55,994 bases of DNA, from NCBI GenBank assembly GCA_021812105.1, contig JAKAOQ010000001.1, positions 1-55,994 on the forward strand, in the 5' to 3' direction. The position numbers and the translations under genes were made by a program. This DNA comes from Candidatus Micrarchaeota archaeon (GTDB lineage Archaea; Micrarchaeota; Micrarchaeia; Micrarchaeales; Micrarchaeaceae). Positions 44,345-54,499 of the stretch are shown here, piece by piece. Numbering within the stretch: the stretch's first letter is position 1; every line of letters begins with the position of its first letter. The notes beneath the pieces are model-generated. The model saw only the letters and a list, made by a program, of their open reading frames with translations. It ran no database searches and was not told the origin of the DNA.

Positions 44345-46627
44345 TCAGCATACCTGCTTATTCCTAAGTCTTATGCTTCTCATCACCTGCTCCGTAGACT
44401 GAGACGCTGCTGGTGTTGTTTGCACGCTTTCAGAGTTCTTGATGGCGATCACATCCTTCGCCATTCTTACGAGCGACTCTTTGTTGATGTAGCCCCTGAT
44501 CGCGTTCTCTGCTATCGGCAGATCGCCGTTTACCGGGCTTATTCCGTGCCTCTGCTCCATCAGCCTTTCATAGGACTCCGCCTTTATCTCCTTCCTGCGT
44601 GAAAATTCATAATCCATATTTCCCTTCAGCACGCGCTTCATTTCTTCAATATTTCTCGCGATCATCAGTCCGAACAGAGATGTAGAAGTGCTTCCGTATC
44701 CGTTGGCGAGTATGGGCTTTTTATTGTCTGTATTTACTATGTGGCTTATAAGGGCGAGCTCTGAGGAGCCCGTGTCTATGTTACCCACCTTCTTCGCGTA
44801 CGCTATCTCCTCCTCTACGTGCATGCTTTCTACCAGCTTTTTGAAGTCGCTTGACCTTTTCCTCACCAGGGCGTTATATTCGGTGTCGTGTTTTTCAAAC
44901 TCCTCTATATGCTTCCTCAGCGGAGTGAGCACATTGTTTATTGTATCCAGGTTCAAACCGCTGTCGCTTGCAGCGACGGTCAGTCCGCTTGAGGTATCAT
45001 TGATTAGCTTCAAGAGCTCTCCAGACACGCGATAATCGTCTGCAATCTTTTTGAGCTCATCTGCAGACGCGCTTGCTGCCTGTCGCAACGCCTCCGGGTT
45101 TTCAATCTTTTTGGTCAGAAGCTTTGCCAAGGAGATACCCTTGGCCGATGCCTCGAACGATGATAGGATCTGCTCTGTCGCGTGGTCGTGCGTTGCCGAT
45201 TCAAGTTTGTATCTCTCTATCTCAGACGAAACAGCGCTCTTCACGATCTGATCCAGGTCCGAGGCCTTTAACCTGTCGATCGCCCCGTCACGCGCCATTA
45301 TTTTGTCAAAGTATATGTACACCTCGCCCACTTTATGCAGGAACTCAAACTCTGTCTCCAGGTCTTTGAAACCGGGAAGCAATGTCTCAATCATACCCGT
45401 CTGCTCGAACAGCCTATCGTGCAATACGGGGTCCGTCCTTGCGAGATGCCTGAGGAAGTATGCGACCGAATCCGTAGCCATCACTGGATAGGGGTTGTGC
45501 GTTATAATATCGTACGCCATCACATATTCGATTTTGTTAAGCTGTATGCCTGTTGCCTTCATGGCGGAAACCAGGGCCCTGTAGTCAAGGTCCAGCTTTG
45601 TATAGTTCGAATGATTGCCGAACAATATAGGATGCACGTTCATTATAGACAGCCCCGCGCCGAGATATAGCAGCTCGTTCTTTACGAACTCGGTACTGTC
45701 TGTATTGGCCGCGCCCAGAAACTTCGAAGATACAAAGATACCTTTGGTGGTATTTGACGAGCTCTCCAGCACAAACGCGATCGCGCCCGCGCCTCCCGAT
45801 TCTGTAGGGGGCGTTCCCTCAACATATCCGGCTTCGTCGCTGGTTATGACTAGCTTTTTCGTCTCCGTGCTCAATCCGTCCTTCGCGGAAGCGAATATCT
45901 CCTGCATGCCGGACGCGCATGCATTTTGGTACTGGTTGGTGTGGATATCTGACTTTATGTGGCCTACGTGTATGCCGTTCGATTCGAGTATATCGCTGGC
46001 CCTGTTGACGTAGTCGATCACCTTGATCGTCATGTTCTTCGAAAGTTCCCTCGCAGATTCCGTAGCGAGGTTCACCTCTGTTATCGTATTCAAATCGAAA
46101 TCGTTGAATAGCGCCATCTTTATTACCGCGAGAGCGGCGAGCACTACGGGCGTTTCGCCGTTGTCCGGGACAGAAGTAGCATCTATTCCTAGCCTTTCGT
46201 GTATGTGCTGGGCTTCTTTTCGCGCTTTCTCCTCCGGATCTGGAGGATCTTTGGGCCTTTTAATTGTGATCGTCTTGGCTCTCTCTTCAGAAGTAATTGC
46301 CAGGCTTCCGAGGGAGACCCCCATGGCCGTGATTGCTATCTTGTACTCGCTGCGGTCTATCCACCCCTCACGAATAACCTGCATGATGGGCCTGCCTATC
46401 TTCCTATCTTCTTCCTCCATGTCGTAACCAGGCGCTGTAGCCGTGTAGGTCTTTTCCATACCCGTGCCGTACTGCGACATATTGAAGTACGGTTCGTCTT
46501 CGAACCCATTCTTGCTGTCCCTTATCATATCGTTTATCTTTGTCATTGCATCACTCCAGATCGAAAGTTGAGTAGAATGGGATAGGCAAGCCTTATAAGC
46601 GACGTTGTTATATTCGCTGATTGTCAA
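44345..46627 (-). CDS. HMG-CoA synthase-like condensing enzyme with a ~200-aa helical insertion and an N-terminal extension
   Basis: HMGS motifs occur in order: NLATESARELSK (Glu), QNACASGMQ (Cys), VITSDEAGY..GGAGAIAFVL, ITHNPYPVM (His), VGNIDTGSSELALISHI (Asn), ILANGYGSTSTSLFGL. About 200 predicted-helical residues separate the His and Asn regions. The start codon is uncertain. Confidence 0.65.
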   Translation of the reverse strand: MTISEYNNVAYKACLSHSTQLSIWSDAMTKINDMIRDSKNGFEDEPYFNMSQYGTGMEKTYTATAPGYDMEEEDRKIGRPIMQVIREGWIDRSEYKIAITAMGVSLGSLAITSEERAKTITIKRPKDPPDPEEKARKEAQHIHERLGIDATSVPDNGETPVVLAALAVIKMALFNDFDLNTITEVNLATESARELSKNMTIKVIDYVNRASDILESNGIHVGHIKSDIHTNQYQNACASGMQEIFASAKDGLSTETKKLVITSDEAGYVEGTPPTESGGAGAIAFVLESSSNTTKGIFVSSKFLGAANTDSTEFVKNELLYLGAGLSIMNVHPILFGNHSNYTKLDLDYRALVSAMKATGIQLNKIEYVMAYDIITHNPYPVMATDSVAYFLRHLARTDPVLHDRLFEQTGMIETLLPGFKDLETEFEFLHKVGEVYIYFDKIMARDGAIDRLKASDLDQIVKSAVSSEIERYKLESATHDHATEQILSSFEASAKGISLAKLLTKKIENPEALRQAASASADELKKIADDYRVSGELLKLINDTSSGLTVAASDSGLNLDTINNVLTPLRKHIEEFEKHDTEYNALVRKRSSDFKKLVESMHVEEEIAYAKKVGNIDTGSSELALISHIVNTDNKKPILANGYGSTSTSLFGLMIARNIEEMKRVLKGNMDYEFSRRKEIKAESYERLMEQRHGISPVNGDLPIAENAIRGYINKESLVRMAKDVIAIKNSESVQTTPAASQSTEQVMRSIRLRNKQVC

Positions 46628-46805
46628 ATATCAGATTTCTTGATTGCGGAGAGCACGTAAAAAGGAAAAGGTAGAGCCGATGCAAAGTTTAAAGCGAAGG
46701 TATTTAGAGTTTTATAACGTAGTTTAGTAAAAGTCGCAGGAGCAACATTCACGTTTACTTTTACTGCCCGCTGGCGTGCCCCCGCGCCGCTTTTGTGTTT
46801 AAGAG

Positions 46806-48971
46806 GTGAAATGTTTGGTTAATGGCATAGAGCTAACCGTTGCAGGAGCGCTCGTGACGGATGACGGCAGGAGCATCGCCAGGATAGATTCGAAGGCGAG
46901 AAAGATGCTCAACGTTATTTCCGGAGATGTTATAGAGATAAAGGGCAAGAAGAGGTCCACGGCCGCCATAGTCTGGCAGGCGCATCCGCAGGACGAAGGC
47001 CTCGATTTCATAAGGATCGACGGATACATGAGGGACAATATAGGTATAGGCATAGGAGACAGGGTGTTCGTTACAAAGGCCGAGGTTTTGGAGGCGCAGA
47101 AGATAGTGCTTGCGCCTCCGCAGAACCAGCGCACGGCTCTGACCCCCGACTTCTCGGAATACGCGAAGAGCAGGCTTGAGGACAGGCCGCTCACCAAAGG
47201 GGACGTTGTGCCGGTGCCAATGTTCGGATATATGTTCAAGTTCGTTGTGGCGCAGGTCACGCCGCACGGCATAGTCAGAGTCACAAGAAACACCGAGGTA
47301 ACGGTGCGGGCAGAACCGGTTTCGGAGTCATTGGTCAGGATAGGCGATGTGCACTACGAAGACATAGGGGGATTGAAAAACGAGAAGGAGAGGATCAGGG
47401 AGATGGTGGAGCTGCCGATAAGGTACCCGGAACTTTTCGAGAGACTCGGAATAGACCCGCCAAAGGGAGTGCTGCTTTACGGAGCCCCAGGTACAGGAAA
47501 GACGCTTCTAGCGAAGGCGGTCGCTAACGAGAGCGACGCCCACTTCATAGACATCTCTGGCCCGCAGCTCGTCAGCAAGTTTGTAGGTGAGAGCGAGGAG
47601 AGGCTTAGGGAGATATTCAACGAGGCGAAGGAGAAGGCCCCGACCATAATCTTCATGGATGAGATAGACGCGATAGCGCCAAACAGGGAAGAGGCAACGA
47701 ACGAGGTCGAGAGGAGGATGGTGTCGCAGCTTCTAACCCTCATGGACGGCATGGGATCAAGGGGCCAGGTAATAGTAATAGGAGCAACGAACAGGCCCAA
47801 CGCAGTTGATCCGGCGCTGAGAAGGCCGGGCAGGTTCGACAGGGAAATAGAGATAGGAGTCCCGGACAGGAACTCAAGGAAGGAGATACTGCAGATTCAC
47901 ACGAGGAGCATGCCGCTGACCGAGGACGTGAGCATAGACGAACTTGCAAATATAACCCACGGCTATACCGGAGCCGATCTTGCTGCGCTCGCCAGGGAAG
48001 CCGCCATGTCATCGCTCAGGAGAATCATGCCCAAGATAGTCGACAAGAGGTCGATACCAAACGAGATCCTGGCAACGCTGAGCGTATCGAGGCAGGATTT
48101 CTTTGACGCTTTGAACGGCATACAGCCCAGCGCACTGAGGGAGGTATTCATAGAAAGGCCGAACGTCCACTGGAGCGATGTTGGCGGGCTTGAGCACATA
48201 AAGGACGAGCTCAAGGAAGCGGTGGAACTTCCGTTTAAGAATCCCGAGGTCTTCGAAAAGATAGGGATAAGGCCGATAAGAGGCCTAATACTGGTCGGAC
48301 CTCCGGGAACAGGAAAGACGCTTCTCGCCAAGGCCGTGGCAACGGAAAGGGAGGCCAACTTCATATCGATAAAGGGGCCAGAGCTTCTCAGCAAGTACGT
48401 AGGGGAATCTGAAAAGGCGGTTCGCGAGATATTCAGGAAGGCGAAGATGTCCGCGCCGTGCATCATATTCATGGATGAAATTGATTCCATAGCGTCTACG
48501 AGAGGGAACGACAACCCCGACTCGATGGTGTCGGAGAGGGTCGTGGATACGCTGCTCACCGAGCTGGACGGGATGCAGGAACTGAAGAACGTTATAGTAA
48601 TAGGCGCGACCAACCGGCCAGACATACTTGATCCGGCTCTCCTAAGGCCCGGAAGGTTTGACAAGATAATCGAGATACCGATGCCGGACGAGCAGACGAG
48701 GTACGAGATATTCAAGGTACACACGAAGAGGATGCCGCTCGCGAAGAACGTCAAGCTTGAGGAACTCGCGGCCATGACCGAAGGCTACACGGGAGCAGAG
48801 ATAGAGAACGTTGTGCGAGAAGCCGGGATGTTCGCGATAAGGGCGAGCAAAACCGAGGTAAGCAAGCAGGACTTCGACAACGCGATAAACGAAGTGAAGC
48901 CTTCTATACCGAAGGAGCTGGCAGACAGGATAAAGAGGTTCAAGGAAGAGCCGCAGAACATGTACAGATAG
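46806..48971 (+). CDS. cdc48: CDC48/VCP-like AAA+ ATPase (two AAA domains)
   Basis: Two Walker A motifs ([30 protein letters not shown]), two Walker B motifs (IIFMDEID), second region of homology, and a CDC48 N-domain. GTG start. Confidence 0.93.
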   Translation: MKCLVNGIELTVAGALVTDDGRSIARIDSKARKMLNVISGDVIEIKGKKRSTAAIVWQAHPQDEGLDFIRIDGYMRDNIGIGIGDRVFVTKAEVLEAQKIVLAPPQNQRTALTPDFSEYAKSRLEDRPLTKGDVVPVPMFGYMFKFVVAQVTPHGIVRVTRNTEVTVRAEPVSESLVRIGDVHYEDIGGLKNEKERIREMVELPIRYPELFERLGIDPPKGVLLYGAPGTGKTLLAKAVANESDAHFIDISGPQLVSKFVGESEERLREIFNEAKEKAPTIIFMDEIDAIAPNREEATNEVERRMVSQLLTLMDGMGSRGQVIVIGATNRPNAVDPALRRPGRFDREIEIGVPDRNSRKEILQIHTRSMPLTEDVSIDELANITHGYTGADLAALAREAAMSSLRRIMPKIVDKRSIPNEILATLSVSRQDFFDALNGIQPSALREVFIERPNVHWSDVGGLEHIKDELKEAVELPFKNPEVFEKIGIRPIRGLILVGPPGTGKTLLAKAVATEREANFISIKGPELLSKYVGESEKAVREIFRKAKMSAPCIIFMDEIDSIASTRGNDNPDSMVSERVVDTLLTELDGMQELKNVIVIGATNRPDILDPALLRPGRFDKIIEIPMPDEQTRYEIFKVHTKRMPLAKNVKLEELAAMTEGYTGAEIENVVREAGMFAIRASKTEVSKQDFDNAINEVKPSIPKELADRIKRFKEEPQNMYR

Positions 48972-49033
48972 ACGGCAAAAGATTGCATTTTGTATAGAAG
49001 CGCAATACGCAGCGTACAGACAAGGTAGATAAA

Positions 49034-49402
49034 ATGAAACTGGTTTACTCCAATAGGAAGGACGGCACGAGCAAGCAGGTAGAGCTTGACGAGAGCGCCA
49101 AGGCGATGCTGATGAACAGGAAGGTAGGGGAGATACTCGAAGGTAGTACGATAGGCGTACCAGGAGTCAAGCTCAAGATTACGGGGGGCAGCGACAACAG
49201 CGGCTTCCCGATGGTCAAAAACCTGGAGGGATCCAGGAAGTTCAGCACCCTCAAGACTATTAAGAGCTCGGACAGGAAGGGGGAGAAGAAGAGGCAGACA
49301 GTGGTAGGCAATACTATAAGCGTTAACACTGAGCAGATCAACGCAGTGATTGTCGAGGAAGGGGAAGAGGAGAAAGAGGCCAAGGACAATGAAAAGAAAT
49401 GA
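49034..49402 (+). CDS. rps6e: Ribosomal protein S6e
   Basis: ..KLKITGGSDNSGFPMVKNLEGSRKF....KGEKKRQTVVGNTIS. Confidence 0.88.
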   Translation: MKLVYSNRKDGTSKQVELDESAKAMLMNRKVGEILEGSTIGVPGVKLKITGGSDNSGFPMVKNLEGSRKFSTLKTIKSSDRKGEKKRQTVVGNTISVNTEQINAVIVEEGEEEKEAKDNEKK

Positions 49403-49444
49403 TGCTCCTTTTCAAGGTATGGAAGAGATTGTAAGTGTGTTATA

Positions 49445-50662
49445 TTGGAAAACATGATAGAAAGTGGAGTGCTCAACATAGGCACGCTCGGCCACATAGA
49501 CCACGGCAAGACCACTCTTGTAAAAGCTATAACGCACAAGTGGACCGACGTGCACAGCGAGAGCATAAAGAGGAACATGACTATAAAGCTGGGCTACGCT
49601 GACGCGCTGATAAGGAAGTGCGACGGCTGCGAGGAGCCCGAGGCGTACACGACCTACGACAAGTGCAAGAATTGCGACGGAGAGGCGAAGCCCGTGCTGA
49701 GGATATCACTGCTCGACGCGCCCGGCCACGAGACGCTCATGGCGACGGCCATAGCCGTGGCCAACATGATACACGCGATACTATTTGTCATAGCTGCAAA
49801 CGAGCCGTGCCCTATGCAGCAGACAAAGGAGCACATGATGATAATGAACGTGCTCGGCATAAGGAACGTTATAATAGTGCAGACGAAGGTGGACCTTGTG
49901 GGCAGGGAAGGCGCGATGAAGCATTACGCGCAGATAAAGGAGTTCGTCAAGGGGACCGTAGCCGAGAAAGCGCCGGTAGTGCCCGTGGTATCGAGCCAGG
50001 AGGCGAACATCGACGTGCTGCTAGAGATGATAACGAAGCTGCAGGTGCAGAAGGCTGATCCGGGAGCAGATCCGTTCATGTACGTAGCCAGATCTTTCGA
50101 TATCAACAAGCCCGGAATAGACGCGTCAGGCATAAACGGCGGAGTCATCGGAGGCACGATAGTCAGGGGCAGACTCAGGGTAGGTGATGAGATCGAGATA
50201 AGACCGGGGGTAAACACTTCGGAGGACCAGAAAAAGGAGAAGTACGAGCCCATAATAACAGTAATAAAGGGGATGAACAACGGAAGCGAGGATATAACAG
50301 AAGCTTATCCTGGAGGACTCATAGGCATACTGACAGAGGTTGATCCCGCCTTCACCAAGGCCGACTCTATGGTCGGGAACGTGGTCGGCCACGTGGGCAA
50401 GCTTCCCTCGATGATATCTATCGTGAGCATGAAATTTACCAAGCTAAAGAGAAACGACATACCGGAGAGGGCCATAACCGAGAACGAGCCGCTTATACTC
50501 AGCATCGGCACCGCAACCGTCCTCGGATTCGTCATCAAGGCGAAGAGGGACAACGTAGAGGTAAGGCTGAAGCACCCGGTCTGCGCCGATAGCGGGACGA
50601 AGGTGGCGATAATGAGGAACTTCGCACAGAGATGGAAGCTCTCTGGATACGGCGTTATCTAA
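49445..50662 (+). CDS. eif2g: Translation initiation factor aIF2 gamma subunit
   Basis: NIGTLGHIDHGKTTL (G1), DAPGHE (G3), QTKVD (G4), and the zinc knuckle CDGCEEP..CKNCDG. TTG at 49445 or ATG at 49454. Confidence 0.93.
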   Translation: MENMIESGVLNIGTLGHIDHGKTTLVKAITHKWTDVHSESIKRNMTIKLGYADALIRKCDGCEEPEAYTTYDKCKNCDGEAKPVLRISLLDAPGHETLMATAIAVANMIHAILFVIAANEPCPMQQTKEHMMIMNVLGIRNVIIVQTKVDLVGREGAMKHYAQIKEFVKGTVAEKAPVVPVVSSQEANIDVLLEMITKLQVQKADPGADPFMYVARSFDINKPGIDASGINGGVIGGTIVRGRLRVGDEIEIRPGVNTSEDQKKEKYEPIITVIKGMNNGSEDITEAYPGGLIGILTEVDPAFTKADSMVGNVVGHVGKLPSMISIVSMKFTKLKRNDIPERAITENEPLILSIGTATVLGFVIKAKRDNVEVRLKHPVCADSGTKVAIMRNFAQRWKLSGYGVI

Positions 50663-50673
50663 AACGCGAACGC

Positions 50674-50689
50674 TATTTCTTTTCTGTTT
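50674..50689 (+). terminator. Oligo-T tract after eif2g
   Basis: TATTTCTTTTCTGTTT lies 12-27 nt after the stop, as in archaeal oligo-T terminators. Confidence 0.4.
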
Positions 50690-50951
50690 CAGAATTTTAA
50701 TCAATCGCCACAGGACGTCTCGTCTGCGTGCCGGCATCGAGATTGGATGCTATGCATGGCGTATCCTGTAATCAAAAATGAGTATATGCCGTTAAAAAGC
50801 CTGTTATTTGAGAGTGCTGTAAATATTCTGTGCGACCTGGATCCGCGGGTAGAACGACCATTTATCAACATTTTTATTAGTTTACCAACAATATGGTTCA
50901 GAAGCCGATATTAAATATCTGGATAGTTAATTAGATAGTATAGGTGTTGGG

Positions 50952-51356
50952 ATGGCGGTAAAGAGGGCGGAGGACGTGATGGAGAAAGACGTAGTCGCCG
51001 TGTCAACTACCACGTCAATACTTTCAACTATAACGCTCATCGAGAACTCGAACATCGATCTGCTCCCGGTTCTGGATGACGGAAAACTGGTCGGGATCGT
51101 TGACAGCGATACGCTGCGTGGATTTGCAATCAAGCACAACAGGGACGAGCTCTATGCTCCGATAAAGCCACTCATCAAGGCTCCAATTTTTGTAGAAGAG
51201 GGTGACGAGATTAATGATATCATAGTGAAGGTAGTAAGGCACAACGTTACCAGAATACCGGTTGTAGATTCTGCCACGGATATGAAGTGCGTAGGGATAA
51301 TAAGCGCTTCAGACCTTCTAAAATCTGCGGGCGGCAGGATAGACAAGCCCGGCTAA
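50952..51356 (+). CDS. CBS-domain pair protein
   Basis: 134 aa with two CBS repeats (..DVVAVSTTTSILSTITLIENSNIDLLPVLDDGKLVGIV.. and ..VVRHNVTRIPVVDSATDMKCVGIISASDLL). Confidence 0.8.
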   Translation: MAVKRAEDVMEKDVVAVSTTTSILSTITLIENSNIDLLPVLDDGKLVGIVDSDTLRGFAIKHNRDELYAPIKPLIKAPIFVEEGDEINDIIVKVVRHNVTRIPVVDSATDMKCVGIISASDLLKSAGGRIDKPG

Positions 51357-51362
51357 GAGGGA

Positions 51363-51390
51363 AAAATCAAAATTAAAAAAAAGAAAAGAA
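51363..51390 (-). terminator. Oligo-T tract after albA
   Basis: The minus strand reads TTCTTTTCTTTTTTTTAATTTTGATTTTT immediately after the alba stop. Confidence 0.45.
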
Positions 51391-51396
51391 CTGCTT

Positions 51397-51714
51397 TCAT
51401 TTCGCGAGCACTATATGAATGGCGCTCACTTTCGATTTCGTGCCGTCCTCGTTTGTAAGCTCCTCGGACGAAGTGTTGATGCTTTTTGTCTTTACGTTGG
51501 GCAGGAACCTGTTCACCGCAATCTCCTTTATATCAACAGCCTTTGAGATTGCCTTGCCTCGCGCTTTTATCGTCACCTCATCGGCACCACCGTTGAACTG
51601 CGTCACTACAGCCAACACGTAGTTCATAGTTGACTTCTTCCCCACGTACACTACGTTGTCCCTTTCCTCTCTGCTAGATTCTACTATTCGTTCTGTTTGT
51701 GTTGCTCCATCCAT
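51397..51714 (-). CDS. albA: Chromatin protein Alba (Sso10b family)
   Basis: [51 protein letters not shown]...[10 protein letters not shown]. Confidence 0.9.
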   Translation of the reverse strand: MDGATQTERIVESSREERDNVVYVGKKSTMNYVLAVVTQFNGGADEVTIKARGKAISKAVDIKEIAVNRFLPNVKTKSINTSSEELTNEDGTKSKVSAIHIVLAK

Positions 51715-51865
51715 TTTATCAACCGTGTTTATTGCAAGTCAGTCAGGCCGGTAAGTACTGGTTGTAGACCTCCCTCTTCTTATTTAAATTACTGTCAAAG
51801 ATTTATATACCTTTTGAAGCCGAAGCAGAATGCAGAGTGCAAAGTCGGTGCGGTGCACTGGTGCA

Positions 51866-52723
51866 CTACCGCTTCGCGCTCTTCTCTATCCTTTTTACTT
51901 CGTATTCGACGTCTATATCGAAACCGCTCTCTTTCAGGAACTGTAGCGGATACGCCATAGAAACTTCTGTTATCAATTTTACCTCCTTGTCTATCTTCTC
52001 CTTCTTTGATACACCAGAGTAAGCAAGCACGGACAGGTAGAATCTTTTGAGCATTTCCTCTGTTATTTCCATTACGCGCTCCTTGCCTATTATCCCTTCT
52101 TTCAATATGTGCTGTATCTCATTGGACTCCCAGCTATCCTCTTCTGATCTGAACACCTTTACGAAGGACCTTAGGAATTCAGGAGAGGCGGCATAGAAAA
52201 CCTTGTAGAACACTATTCCGAATGTAGAATATGACCTTTTCAGCACTACTTCGGACGCGATGAGGCGCTCCGGCCACGACTCTATGCCCTCCAGGTAGTT
52301 GAACGTCCCTTCGACCTCTTTCTTAACGGCTGCCGGCTTTACGCCAAGCCCTTCCATCAGGTTCTTTACCGCCTTTGCGTGGCGCTTGTCGTTCTGCGAG
52401 AGCGATGAGAAGTAGTCTTTATAAGCCAGAAAGTCGCGTCCGGCTGAATGGGACAGCCATCCGCTCATTACCTCGGACACCCTGTTTTCAGAGTACATGA
52501 ATATGTTCATGACCGCGGCGATTGAACTCGTATCGAACTTGTAGCCGTTAGGGAGGAATATGTTTTTCTTTGTAACCTCCCCCTTCTTCCTCTTTACATC
52601 TATGAAGCTGACGCCGCGTTTTATGGCGTTGAGCGGATCTCCCTTTATGTATGAAAAAATGAAAGGCGAGACCCATTTTGGCACTCCATATTTATCAAGT
52701 ATAGGGTACACTATCTTGTCCAT
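51866..52723 (-). CDS. Hypothetical helical protein (285 aa)
   Basis: ORF only. A possible ferritin-like helical bundle is not supported by clear ExxH motifs. Confidence 0.45.
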   Translation of the reverse strand: MDKIVYPILDKYGVPKWVSPFIFSYIKGDPLNAIKRGVSFIDVKRKKGEVTKKNIFLPNGYKFDTSSIAAVMNIFMYSENRVSEVMSGWLSHSAGRDFLAYKDYFSSLSQNDKRHAKAVKNLMEGLGVKPAAVKKEVEGTFNYLEGIESWPERLIASEVVLKRSYSTFGIVFYKVFYAASPEFLRSFVKVFRSEEDSWESNEIQHILKEGIIGKERVMEITEEMLKRFYLSVLAYSGVSKKEKIDKEVKLITEVSMAYPLQFLKESGFDIDVEYEVKRIEKSAKR

Positions 52724-52896
52724 TGTGGCCGTTACATCACCCCATATTAAGATTGCACGACAACGTTTTAAACCTTATCTGAAGCTCCTGTTATTCGCCT
52801 ATAATCTGTGCTTGCGGGATTTTGTATGCACTTTTTATATGTTGCATGCCAATTAGTCAATGGTGCGCATCATCGCACACCAATCACGGTAGTTGC

Positions 52897-53874
52897 ATGA
52901 TAACCGTAGGTATAGAGAGCAGCGCACACACCTTCGGAGTTGGAGTCGTAGAGGACGGAAAGATACTCTCTAACGTAAAGTCGATGTACAAGATATCTGA
53001 CAAAGGTATAATACCGATGAAGGTAGCGGATTTTCATCAGAAGAACGCCGCGCGTGTCATAAGGCGCGCTCTGAAAGAGTCGGAAGCGGAGAGGATAGAT
53101 GCTATAGGTTATACAAAGGGGCCAGGCCTCGGCCCATGCCTAAGAGTGGGGCAGCTATCGGCACTCACTCTTTCCAGGATAACGGGAGCGCCGCTGTACC
53201 CTGTTAACCACGCGGCTGCCCACATAGAGGTTACAAGACACCTATTTGGCCTTCACGACCCGCTTGTTGTTTATGTAAGTGGCGGAAACTCACAGATACT
53301 CGGGCTTGAAAATGTGCCGCGTAGGCACTACCACGTCTACGGTGAGACGTTTGACATAGGCGTCGGGAACATGCTGGACTCTTTCGCAAGAGCGGCAGGA
53401 CTGAAGCCGGCGTGGGGATCAAGCGTGGCGAGACTGTCCGAAGGTGGTAGGTACATGCGTATGCCGTACACCGTAAAGGGCATGGACTTCACTTTCACCG
53501 GTCTGCTCACGAACGCCATCGGACTCCTAAAAAGCGTCGATAAGAGGGACGTGGCGTTTTCCCTCCAGGAGACCGCATTCTCGATGATATGCGAGGCTGC
53601 GGAGAGGGCGCTGCTGCTTACAAGGAAAAGGGAGGTGATAGCGTGCGGCGGGGTAGCGCAGAGCACGAGGCTGAAAAAGATGCTCGGGCTGATGGCTGGC
53701 TCGCATAGGGCAAAATTTTACGCGGCCCCAGACGAATTCAATTCCGACAACGGCGCGATGATAGCGGTTGTGGCGGAAAAGATGCATTCTAACGCGAGGC
53801 GCTCGAGCGGGACGATGGATTACGGAGTCAAGCAGAGGTACAGGATAGAGGATTTTGATATATACTGGAGATAA
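52897..53874 (+). CDS. kae1: tRNA N6-adenosine threonylcarbamoyltransferase Kae1
   Basis: ITVGIESSAHTFGVGVV, VNHAAAHIE, VSGGNSQI, GGVAQSTRL, and DNGAMIA at the C terminus. The track ORF starts at 52822. Confidence 0.9.
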   Translation: MITVGIESSAHTFGVGVVEDGKILSNVKSMYKISDKGIIPMKVADFHQKNAARVIRRALKESEAERIDAIGYTKGPGLGPCLRVGQLSALTLSRITGAPLYPVNHAAAHIEVTRHLFGLHDPLVVYVSGGNSQILGLENVPRRHYHVYGETFDIGVGNMLDSFARAAGLKPAWGSSVARLSEGGRYMRMPYTVKGMDFTFTGLLTNAIGLLKSVDKRDVAFSLQETAFSMICEAAERALLLTRKREVIACGGVAQSTRLKKMLGLMAGSHRAKFYAAPDEFNSDNGAMIAVVAEKMHSNARRSSGTMDYGVKQRYRIEDFDIYWR

Positions 53875-53875
53875 A

Positions 53876-54496
53876 ATGAGAAAAATCTCTGAGGGCGCTG
53901 AGGCTTGCATCTACAAGACCATGATGCTCGGCAGAAATGCGATAATAAAGTACAGGGTAGAAAAATCATACAGAGTGATGGAACTGGACTCCGACCTCAG
54001 GGAGCGCAGGACAAGAAATGAAGCGAGGATACAGGCTGAACTGTATGAAATAGGGGTTCGCGTCCCATCGGTGATGCTGGCGGGCAGGCACTTCATAGTA
54101 ATGAATGAGGTGGCCGGAGAGACGCTGAACAAGATTAAGATGATAGAGTCAGGGCGCGGAAGCACGGCGATCAGGATAATGAGTGAGGCGGGTAGTTTGC
54201 TGGCGAGGATTCACGATCACGGGATATCGCACGGCGATTTCACTACCGCGAACCTGATGCTCGACAGGAATGGAAGGCTGTGGGTGATAGACTTCGGATT
54301 GTCGGCGTTCACTAATTCTGCTGAGGACAAGGCGCTGGACATCATACTGATGAAGAGGTCTGTTGGCGAGAAGCTTTACTCGCACTTCATAAAAGGCTAC
54401 GTGGGGGGGACGGCGGAAGCGGGCAGCGTGCTCAAAAAACTAGAAGAGATAGAGAGGAGGGGCAGGTATCAGACCAGAACGCTCTCGGTTGGATGA
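53876..54496 (+). CDS. bud32: KEOPS kinase/ATPase Bud32
   Basis: GAEACIYK, HDHGISHGDFTTANLML, VIDFGLS. The ATG lies 1 nt after the kae1 stop, so the two genes are adjacent and not fused. Confidence 0.88.
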   Translation: MRKISEGAEACIYKTMMLGRNAIIKYRVEKSYRVMELDSDLRERRTRNEARIQAELYEIGVRVPSVMLAGRHFIVMNEVAGETLNKIKMIESGRGSTAIRIMSEAGSLLARIHDHGISHGDFTTANLMLDRNGRLWVIDFGLSAFTNSAEDKALDIILMKRSVGEKLYSHFIKGYVGGTAEAGSVLKKLEEIERRGRYQTRTLSVG

Positions 54497-54499
54497 CAT

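Noticed and set aside
46799-48775. Minus-strand ORFs (164, 144, 107 and 270 aa) within cdc48
   Set aside because: They are antisense shadows of the AAA+ gene and carry no recognisable motifs.
49618-50058. 146-aa alternative-frame ORF inside eif2g
   Set aside because: It is an Arg/Ala/Gly-rich frame artefact. The aIF2-gamma frame has the complete GTPase motifs.
50747-50917. 56-codon ORF (MLCMAYPVIKNEYMPLKS...) in the eif2g-CBS spacer
   Set aside because: There is no SD or TATA in a sensible position, no paralog or motif support, and the region is AT-rich. It is kept only as a very weak possibility.
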